Positions 41,917-53,900 of a stretch of 64,000 bases of DNA are shown piece after piece (positions within the stretch are counted from its first letter, which is position 1; every line of letters begins with the position of its first letter). The notes beneath the pieces were generated by a model that searched no databases, was not told where the DNA came from, and worked only from the letters and a program-made list of their open reading frames with translations. A program made the position numbers and the translations under genes. This stretch comes from Antedon mediterranea. Its lineage: Eukaryota > Animalia > Echinodermata. The DNA lies in assembly GCF_964355755.1 (NCBI RefSeq), contig NC_092673.1, positions 8,184,001-8,248,000 of the forward strand, in the 5' to 3' direction.

Positions 41917-44900
41917 CTACAAAAAGAAGAAGAAAACATGGATCATTTTATTTATTTATTTTTATTTATTATTTTAAATGATTAAAGGAGTAATTAATTG
42001 GTTGATTAAATGATTGATTAATAAATAGATTGATTCATTTATTGATTAATGATTAACGATGTATTGTCCTCCAAAAACCCATTGTCTGACAGACAATTTA
42101 AGTATTTGCTGCTTTAAATTACATTTTTTTTCAGGTAAATCATTTTTTTTAATCCAGTTTTTGGTCAAAAGTGAGTAACTATTATGTGACATTAAAATGA
42201 CATATTCAACAAAAAATTTAAAAAACCCCACAAACCCATATTTTAAAGAAAAACAAAACTCATTGTCTGGGGAAGTTAATGAGGTTTTGGTTAAAGATGT
42301 ATGTCCCCGAAAAGCATGAAAAATGAAGATTAATAAAATCAGACCATTTTACAGTTTTAATAAAGTTATTCATTTTTATAAAAAAAAAAACCCCAAAAAC
42401 ATTATTTCACTTATAAAAAGACAAAAGAAACACTTAATTTTAACCAAAAACCATTGTCTGATAGACAATGTTAGTATTTTTTGCTTTAAATTACATTTTT
42501 TCAGGTAAATAATTTTTTTTAAACACAATTTTTGGTCAAAAAGAAAAAATATTATGTGACATCAAAATGGCATATTCAACCAAAAATTTGAAAAAACCCA
42601 CAATTATTTACCTAATAAAAGCCATTGCCCCAGGGGCAATGTATCTTTAATTGAATGATTGATTATATTATTGATTTTTTAAACTTACAGTCCTCCAAGC
42701 TACAGCACTGACAAACTCATTTGAGTCTTCTTCTCTCTTATCAGACTCCTGTATTAAGTAAGTAAAGTAAATATGTAATTAATATGTAAAGAAAAGAGTC
42801 TTTTAATATACATTATGCCATCATTTGCAACATTTAGTTATATTATGTTGTGTTGTAACTTTAAAGCATTTAATAGCGAAATTGTCAAGTCGATTTACAG
42901 CAGCCATATTGTTAAAGATGTATTGTCCCTTTGACTAATTCCCAAAAAAAATAAAAAATAACAGATTTCGAAAAAAGGTGGGTCATTTTGAAGTATCAAA
43001 AATTTGTCGAAAAAAAAATCATTTAACTGAAATACAGACGTTTTTTTGTTAAAAAAATAACTTTGACTTCCAGTCAAAGTTTTCGATCAAAAAATATCCC
43101 ATAATGAAACGCGCTGGTTTGGCTACTCTGTGTGCATAATCATAAAACTTCCTCACGATCTGTGTGAAAATACCTTCTCAACCGTGAAGAGTTGTAAACA
43201 ATCCTAATTAGCATATGCATAATGCGTACTCATGGTTTGAAATCTTTGTTTACTTTTGCTCGCGACGATTTTCCAGATGAAATGTAATCAAACTAATTTA
43301 CCTGTTAATTACGTAAACTTGTTGCTTTTGGCTTGAATTTTCGACTTAAAGTGAATAACTTTAATATTACTTTGATATGGCCAATTTAAATTTAGAATAT
43401 TTTGACCTTCATTTTTTTGTGTTTCAAGAGACAATACATCTTTAAAGAATGTTTCATTGGTGGATATGTTTTCAACATCTATAACTTCTTTATTATTTAT
43501 AATACTTTTATATTCAATATACACATGGTAATAGTTTTAAGTACCTAGATTTTTCCATTGCTAAAATAAAATGAGTATTCTGATTCATTATGATTAGAAA
43601 TTTTAGCTTTAAATAATAATGTACTATATGCATCAAATCTATCCCTGCAATTTTGACGTTTTGAAAAAATAATGCATATATATTATTTTAATAACATTAA
43701 ACCGGGTCATTCCTTGTCTGAAATGCACGCTTCATATCCTCTCACAGACGGCCTAGGCTTAGTTTTGTAGGCCTAGTTGTTAAACAGCAGTATACGAACA
43801 TCGTATACTAGCATTTTCTGCTGAATTGTCTTTTTTTTGTTGACACAATCCGTTAATACAAATTGTTAATATAAATAGGTATAACATTTTAAGAGATTTC
43901 CAAAACCTTTTAAAAATACTCTTCTATGAAGAAATTTAAACTAAATGTCTTATTTTAAAATTGATAATGAAATTGTATAATATATGGACTATGACATTAA
44001 AATGGTAACTAACAGACATATATATTTAATTTAAAAAGTAGCTTACCAATACACTTCTAATAGTATCAAACTTAAAGGCTAAAAGTTGTTTTGATAAACC
44101 CTTGTAGTAAACAGATAATGAATTGTTTTCACTTCCGCAAGCAATGTAGTCGTCATTAGCTGTAAGTCCTACAAAGTTTTTCTCATTTATATGTCCAGTA
44201 AAAGTTCTAAGGCAGTTTGGTTTATTTACATTCCATAGTTTCAATTGGCTGTCAGTTGACCTGTTTGACAAAATCAAATTTACAATATTAAAAACATATT
44301 CAACATTAAACTAAATAAAAAAAAATTAATATCAACAATTAAAATATTTGTTTCTTGTTGCTTAACTAAAATACTAATATGTGACAGGCCACTGTGGAAT
44401 AAGACAAAAACAACCCAAATAAAGAAGATACGCAATGCAAGGACGTAGAAGCGAATTCGAAATAATCCATCATATGTGATTGGTCAACGCACTTACATTG
44501 CGCTTTCATTGATGCTCTCTGTCCTACGAACAAAGCTGAAACGTAATTCTAATTTCAGATAACAGAGATTATTTTATTCTTTCTACTTACGCTGATACAA
44601 TTTCCTCCGAGTTAAGGAACTTTGTGTATGAAACCGCTTTTTTATGTCCTTTGAAAACATTGAGTGCTTTCTTTGGATACCGCAAATCATAATAATGAAC
44701 ACAATGATCTAAAAAATAAAAATTATTATCATTATTTTATTTAGGCAATTGCCAAGGTGACAAATCCATTCTCAAACATATACACAACAATATCTACAAC
44801 AAAGTCTTTGGGAGTGGAGTTGTTTTTGTCATAAGAAAAGATATCATACAGGGTTTGAACCCAGGGCGGCGATTGCTGACCCACCAAGCCACTCCAATTA

Positions 44901-47900
44901 AATGAAAATATATATTTTTTTTAAAGTACACCTGTACAGCCACATATGAAGTTTTTAAAATTCAAATTCACGAATCTGGTAAATACCAGTACTGTATATA
45001 TATATATTTTTTTTTCTATTTCATACGCATCCAACAAACTCACCAATTACAGGATGGATACACTATTTCATTTTGTTTGTTTGTTTGTTTTATCTTTATA
45101 CTGGGTGACCTCTTCAGTCAAAGACTGATCTCCCAGAGGGCCCAGTTGGTGATCAGTGGCTGTGATGTACTAATACACCGGGGTAACCCCCTACTCGTCT
45201 CGAAAGATGTACTAGGTTCTTTAAAGTGCACACGAACAAGTTGTGTACACTGGACCTACGGTTTATAGTCCTTATCCGAGAAGACTCGTTCTACCACCAG
45301 AACCATGGAGTGAGTGAGCCTCGAACCCCTGCCGATGTTATGGCTACGTGATTACGGTTCCACTGTCTTAACCGCTCGGCCACTCACTCACTGAAATAAT
45401 ATATAATTTATCATGCTTATAAACTATGTTTCATTTGAGGCTTAGGGAGTGGAGTTGAAAGAATCGTGAGTTACAACCCTAGTACTAGGTCAGGATTGAA
45501 TCCTGGCAAGCATGTTAACCAAGCTACAGCTCCACTACGATTCCGAGTCATTATCATTATCCCCATTACTGCATGTGAAGTAAATTAGTAACATATAGTG
45601 TTACATCTTTATTTCAATAAAGCCCCTTTCACACAGAGCGAGTGAGTGGCCGAGCGGTTAAGACAGTGGAGCCGTAATTACGTAGCCATAACATCGGCAA
45701 GGGTTCGAGGCTCACTCGCTCCATGGTTCTGGTGGTAGAACGAGTCTTCTCGGATAAGGACTATAAACCGTAGGTCCAGTGTACACATAGCTCATGCTTT
45801 AAAGAACCTAGTACATCTTTCGAGACGAGTAGGGGGTTACCCCGGTGTACTAGTCCTAACAAACACAGCCACTGTCACACACAGCCACTGTGCAAATTGG
45901 GACTGGACCGTTTTAGAGGTGTTTACCACCTGTTGGTCCAGATCCTTCACTAACTGACTTAGTGAGAAGTCGAATAAATAAAAAAAAAAAAACAGAGCTG
46001 TAAGACGGTAATATTGCGGCAATTCGTGAAAGCCGGTCTATGTGTGAAAGGGTAAAAACCCCTTATTGCCAGCATCTGTTAGACCGCCTCTGGACCTAGT
46101 GAAAGTGCAGTAATATTACCGTCATGGTCATAAGCCTGATTTGTCATAGAGTCCATGATATAACGCCTGCTTACGCAGCGTAGCATTAACAAACCAAGGT
46201 TAACTTCGGGACATTTTCCTTGATTGAGAAAGACTGTGGCAATTATTTTAGGCATATTAAATTATTAGATTATAATAATATATAAACACATTAGGCAAAG
46301 AACATTAATTCTAAACTGCCCGGTGATATACTGAAATTTAATTAATTAATTTGAAACGATACAGATGAGGAAATCTGTGAGAATGAGAAAAAGTCGCCCC
46401 AACCGAGACTCGAACTCGGACCGCCTGCTTGATATGCAGTTGCCCTAACCATTAGACCACTGGGGCTTTCATGGTATTGTTCAAACTCGATTGGATAGCG
46501 ACTCTTTAACATTCTAGGCGTGGTACGGCGGAACAGCACTAGTCCTCGGTTGTACGCACGCGCAACAGAGATCAAATTGATACGCCCTCATCATATAAAT
46601 CCAAAGGCAAATTACTGAAAAAATGACAATGAAAAGTGGCTGGATCTCAATGGAGATACAAAAACAGAAGCGAAAAGCTAAATCAAAACGATAAAGTAAA
46701 ACAGCTAGAAAAGTTAGCAAAGCTTTCGGGCAACTCTAGCCCTTCATCAGTGCAAGTGAAGGAATTTGTTTAGGTTAGTGTATAATAATACAATGGAAGA
46801 ATACGGCCAATAATAATAATAAAAATAATACAACAATATATAAAGAACGTACCTGCTGAACCAAATGTGATATTATAAACTTTACTGGGATTAAATTTAA
46901 CACAGCATACATTGGCTTTAGCTTCTATACAAGTTACAGATTGGTTCATGTTTGTAGACCATAGCTTCACTGAAATTTAAAAAATTAAATCTATACAATT
47001 TAATTTAATGATAATTTTTAACTGAAAAAGAACACTAAGCAATAGTAAAATTATTAAGCATGGAATAAATTGTACTGCATAAAAAATTCACTAATACATG
47101 TGAAAGAAATGTCTTTTGAATATACAGTGACACGAATCTTCCTTGGTGAAATTTTAATTAACAAAAACCAAGCTACAGCATATGGGTCAAGTTAATCGCG
47201 CTGGTTAAAGTGACTGCTACGATTTTGCAGTTCATTGGAATGAAGCTTAAGAATTGAAAATGTATCGAATTGTTTACAATACCTTTGGCGTCATCAGATC
47301 CTGATGCTAGCAGTTTTGGATCCATTTTATTAAAATCTATACTCCAACATCTCTTTTGATGCTCCTGAATGAAAGGCAAAATAATGCAAATTTTCATGAA
47401 ATTGTTTATTTATTAAAAAAATGAAGTATGTACATGTCTACTAGTACTAATAGTAATAATTATGTACTCAAGATATCAAACAACTTTGAAAAATACCTTT
47501 AATAACTTTTTTTAATGAATTAATCAAAGTTGATTCAGAGTAGGCCATTGAATCATAAATGATGTCTAAAATGTTTTATTGTATTGCAATTGATTACTTA
47601 TTTTATTTTACCCATTATAGAGAAACGTATGTGCATTTTTTGAAAAAATATCTTGGTCCAGTGTATTTAATTATGAATGTTGTTTTCATGTTCCACTTAA
47701 AATGGTTAGGCAAAATAACTTTACGTTAATAATGGAGTAACAAAATGACTGCTCTGGGGTGGGTATCATTTCTAATTAGATGACTCTGAATTTAACTTCT
47801 AGAAACTTGAAGCGAATGTGTAAATGACAGTTTATTACCTGAAAAATTCTGGATACAGATCCAGTGAATGCATCCCACAATGTTACATTTCCTTCATAGT

Positions 47901-50900
47901 CACTACTTGCTAGAATTCCTTTGTGGTAAGCATTCCAGCTTATACAACTGAAAAAAAACAAAACATAGAAATAATTATACATTTAAACAATTGCTACTTA
48001 TCACAATTTTTAAAGTTTCAATTTATTTGATCATATCAAGTTCATAAATGATAAATAACAAATGCTGGTATGGATGACCATAAGATTAGAGCAAACTCGT
48101 TTACCGGTCACTCATAGTGCATTGTACACAAACAACATAAAGACAGGACAAAGGTGCAATACATAACAAGACATGTGAAACCTTAAACTATGTCAACACT
48201 TGTGTTGGCAACCCATTGGACTAAATAATATATTTTAGTTTTCACATACATGTTACAATAAGTTTTTTTCCTCTTTAATTAAAAAATAATAATTTTAAAT
48301 TACTTCTTTAAGTAAGTTTAACATATTATAGTATTACATATATTTACTGGTACATGGGTAATCAAAGTATCTTTTTTTAGGAAAAACAAGATTTAATGAA
48401 TGTTAACATACTGATATATATTGAATCTTACATGCTTATATTATTCTATTTCATGAAATGAATATTATACTGCATAACCTGTTAGCAACTATGACAATAC
48501 ATTTGCATGTTGCTCTCGAACCAAGGAACTTCATATCAATTGTCTGGAAACCCACAACTAGACCACAGTTTATATTTGACTGACTGGAGTAATTTCAATT
48601 GAAACTTTGCCATGAAACCAAATATAATGTTTCAATAGTATGGCCAACACCAATTCTGGGACATCACTTTGGTGTGAACAAAGGTGTCCCCTTAATAAAT
48701 TAATATCGGTAGCAATTTGTTGAAATTTAAACATCTTTAGTCCTACCCTATTTTTGCACTATTGGATGTTTTAAATACTTGATGAGAATTTTATCTATAA
48801 TGAACACAATCTAGTTGACAAACAGAAATTATTCTCTAGTAAAGACTTATTGGAGGAACTCCATCCATAGTTTTAAGAACACAATTCATGACAGTTGTAA
48901 TAGTCTAATTAAAACCAATCAATTTACAGTACTTCCACAATCCAACCTACATCAGCGTTGGTGCAAATTGATATTTTAGGATAGTTTTGGTTGTTTCTGT
49001 GGAAGATTGCTAAGATTTTTTCCCCCTTTTGATTTGTATATGGATGTACTATCCGAAATAAAGGAAATGAATGAATGACTGAATTAAATATTATTGTGGC
49101 TTTTTCCTAATCTCACTACAGTCTGTAGTGTGCAAATAAAATGTTTATCATTTATTTTATTTCTATTAATTTGCTCTGCTTTAGTATCAAGCACATTTGT
49201 TCATGTCTTGCATCAAATCCAAGACGCAGATTATTATAATATTTATAGCACTTTTTAATCATTAACGTGGTAACATTCTGTAAACAATGATGATCCCTTT
49301 AAAATGACGTTATTAGTGGTCAATGACCACATGGTAAATAATGCATATTTCCTGATTGCATTTATATCCTTCATACAAGCCGAGTGCTATTAGACTGCTG
49401 ATTTCACACATTATGATGAATTGTACCACTTGTTATAATGATTATGATGAGAAAGCATTGCCGGTCAGCTGTAAAGCATCAAGCTCTTGGGAGTAATGTA
49501 ACAGGAAACAAAATGTTAATATTCTTGTGTGATTCCGCAATAGGATATTACAGACTTATACAGTTCGTATAGACAGATTTGTAACATTAAGTTAGAAAAT
49601 GTCTGTATAACCTAAGAAATCATTAATATTGTATTGTGTTTTGTCTGTGTTCTTACAACAGTATATAATGTATATAAATTAATATTAAATGTATATAAAT
49701 TAATATCATAAAAACAAAATGTGAGAAATAATAAAGGGCCAAGTATTTTCTGAGGGACATCCATATTGTGGAACAAAGACAACATTCCGTTTCCAATACC
49801 CTAATCCTCCACGCTACTCCCTGAAAATTGGCTTGTAGTATAAAATATTGAGAGTGATATGACTTAGCCAAAATGGCACATAAGACGGTATGCGATCAAT
49901 CATAGAACATTAACCAGTTATTTTGTGTACATAAATCTATGTATGTTGACGATAAAGAACCATAGAAAAAGTGATTGGATCCTTGCGTCCATATATTAAC
50001 TGCCTCATGTTTCTGGTGTGTTTATTTACAACTGTACTGCAATTATTGATATCTTTTTTAAATAGAGCTAAGACTAATGATAATAATGCATTTATGATAA
50101 TATATAAAATATAACAATATATAAATATAAATCCAAAGGCAAATTACTGAAAAAATGACAATGCTGTGGGTATCAGTGGCTGGATCTCAATATGAAGATA
50201 CAAAAAAAAAGTGAAAAGCTATCAAAACGATAAAGTAAAACAGCCAGAAAAGTTAGCAGAGCTTTCAGCCAACACTAGCCCTTCATCAGTGCAAGTGATA
50301 ATATAAATATAATAAATATCACCAGTGTAGTTTTATGTACATCATACCTTATTTTGGAATTACAAAGCATCTCTGTTACTGGATAATGAATATCAACAGC
50401 ATCCTGTATTACAGTTGCATATTCAAACACTTTGATCTTGCGAGTTACCCCAGCTATTGCAAAAAATTCATTGTCTCTGTCAAACTCAATGCTGTAATAA
50501 CAATGCAAAACAAATAAAAAATAAATTATTACCAAATGTGAGTATAAAGTAAACTGATTAATAGAAATAGTGTTGATAATAGTCATAGTGTTGATAATAG
50601 TCATAGTGTTGATAATAGTCATAGTGTTGATAATAGTCATAGTGTTGATAATAGTCATAGTGTTGATAATAGTCATAGTGTTGATAATAGTCATAGTGTT
50701 GATAATAGTCATAGTGTTGATAATATTCATAGTGTTGATAATAGTCATAGTGTTGATAATAGTCATAGTGTTGATAATATTCATAGTGTTGATAATAGTC
50801 ATAGTGTTGATATTAGTCATAGTGTTGATAATATTCATAGTGTTGATAATAGTCATAGTGTTAATAGTCATAGTGTTGATAATAGTCATAGTGTTGATAA

Positions 50901-53900
50901 TAGTCATAGTGTTGATAATAGTCATAGTGTTGATAATATTCAGTGTTGATAATATTCATAGTGTTGATAATATTCATAGTGTTGATAATATTCATAGTGT
51001 TGATAATAGTCATAGTGTTGATAATATTCATAGTGTTGATAATAGTCATAGTGTTAATAGTCATAGTGTTGATAATAGTCATAGTGTTGATAATAGTCAT
51101 AGTGTTGATAATAGTCATAGTGTTGATAATATTCAGTGTTGATAATATTCATAGTGTTGATAATATTCATAGTGTTGATAATAGTCATAGTGTTGATAAT
51201 ATTCATAGTTTCGATAATAGTCATAGTGTTAATAATAGTCATAGTGTTGCTAATATACATAGTGTTCATAATAGTCATAGTGTTGCTAATATACATAGTG
51301 TTGATAATAGTCATAGTGTAGCTAATATACATAGTGTTGATAATATGATCATAGTGCTGATAACAGTCAGTGTTGAAGCATTTTTAATAGACATATTGTT
51401 TAAAAATAGTGATAGTGTTGATAATATCCATAGTGTTGAAACTTTTTAAAAGACATAGTGTTTGATAATAGTCATAGTGTTAAAGAGTATATAATAGACA
51501 TAGTGCTTGATAATAGTCATGTGTTGAAGCCTGATGTGTAGGCAACGTTAATCATGGCAGTTTGAAAGCAAGGCAATCTAACAGAACACTGAGCTCGCTT
51601 GCCAAAATAGGAACAGTCCTTTGATTTTAAGGGATGTTAAACTGATTATTACCCATAGATAAACCCTTTGATCGCCAGTGCTCAGCATCCGGTTGTTAAA
51701 TAAAATTAACACGCTCTATGTGACAATACATTAATTATTAATGAGGTATCTTACCTGGATACTATACTTGAGCTATTATATATATCCGTTGCATAGCTTA
51801 ATGTTGCTAGTGGTTGGATGGAACTGTATTTAGTAAACTTTGTTAAACAGTCTTTAAATTTACCAAGTAAATCAACTGAACTGGATTCACCTGAAAAATA
51901 AAGTAGTTCATGCGCGTAATGTTAATTTTACAATGTTACCATTTAAATACATTTTCATATTTGTTTTCAAGCTGCAAAACAATTTATAGGTTTGTAGTAT
52001 TTAAAGACAGGCAATTATTAAGGCCATATTATAGCAGTTTGCACAGGCACTATATTGGAAATAAAAATGTTAGCATCCATAACTTCCTGCATCAACACAA
52101 TTTGATAAAGAAGGCACTATTTTTCCAATAGTGTGCAGAGAAATAATCTAATATATAAAATACCATAAAAGGGAATTACACAACAATGTAAATATAATTC
52201 TCTATTAAAAAATGGTCTGACAAACAATATATTTTTTTTTTCCTTTAATATTACTTTGATATGGCCAATTAAAATTTAGTATATTTTGACCTTCATTTTT
52301 TGTGTTTCAAGGGACAATACATCTTTAACCATGTCACACACTCGGATTGGACTTTTTCAACTGGACAGAAAGTAGGCGGTAGAAATAAGCATTGAACTTG
52401 GTTAATTTAACCCTGAGGGAATTGTAGCAGTGTTTGGATTGGACTTTTCTTAGTCACTTTAACCAGCAACTCAGAATTTGAACAAATTATGTCCAATGCG
52501 AAGTCTTACAGTGTCAAGCAACATTATTATAAAAACGTTAACAATTTACAGTAGAGACATGATTTACTAAATTTGTAAAATCTTATTCTTTCGCATGCTT
52601 TACCATACGTGCAGCATGGGGATTGAGCAGCCAATGAACTTAAAGGAAAGGAACACCCTAATATCTTACCCAACTATTATAAAAGTAACCCTACCAACTT
52701 AATATTCAGCACAATTTATGTTTAAATTGGATTTGTAGTTTTCTAGTAAACAGGATTTTAAAGCGGTTTTCAAGACATTTGAAAATCGCCATCTTGTGCT
52801 CATGGCAGCCTGTTTGTGACGTCAGATACGGCCGACGAAAATTTTAAGATTCGCGGTTGCATTCAGCGCTTCTATTGGCTAAGCGAATCCGCTAATATGA
52901 TTGGCTAATAACGCGACATGTGGTCATGCAGGACGGCGATGACACGGTATGAGCATGCGCTGGCTTGGTAAACAAACCTTCGATCGATCTTTTCTTCTGC
53001 AAGCCAATTCGTAAATCTTTCAGCTATTGTTAATCTATTGTTACTTTTATTGCCTAGCTGTTTCAAACGGGATTTGGTAGGGGAATGAACTGGCAAACCT
53101 TCCAAACGGAGGCTGTTGGTTGACGATGCAGTGTCTACTTTATTTTCGTTCAAAACAAGTTCTAGGCCTAGTAAGGCATACAGTACAGATACACTGGCCG
53201 AAAGTACACCATTCTTCGACGGCTTGTTATGCTCGAGAATGTTCTTCTTCTCTTCTTTTTTCCTCATCAGCACGACGCAAAACTAACTCTCTTTCTGTAT
53301 ATTCTGGTTCCAAATTTTCTGAATTATAAAAACTCCAAGCCATATTCCGAAAATAGTAGGTATGTTAGGCTACTTAATTGATTTTATTTATGGTTATATC
53401 CCGCACTTCCATATTGAAATAGTAATACTGTACTAAGACGATGGGCGCTTGGATTTGCTTGAATGCGTCCACCTAATCTGACGTCACATAATTGCTCTTA
53501 ACCTGTCAAAATGGCGCTGTTCAATTTCCGATATGTTGTCGTTTAAAAGTCTATTTTTTAACTAAATTGCTTACTATTGTACCTTGAACCATTGTAATCA
53601 TGTTTTTATTACATTTATCTATAAGCACAGTGGCACATTTAGCCCAGGGTGTTCCTTTCCTTTAAGGATTAATTGAGAATGGTAACTTACTTGGTTCAAA
53701 CTGGCTTTGTCGTATATTAAAGTAACATGATTCCAGGTCATTATAGTGATTATACAGCTTTTTTTTCCTTGATGCTATTGTTGAATTAAGCCACTGATGA
53801 CGGCCACTCTGTCAAGTATAAAAAGTACCACCATCATTTATGTCTCATTACACAATATAATATGATTGTCGATTTTATTTTGAATTGATGGAAAATCAAA

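Noticed and set aside
46395-46466. Functional tRNA-Asp(ATC)
   Set aside because: The body does not resemble tRNA-Asp; atypical anticodon arm; embedded in a repeat element
50570-51449. MTIINT / LIIVIV repeat ORFs
   Set aside because: Intronic 18-bp minisatellite; only 50348-50491 is a real exon
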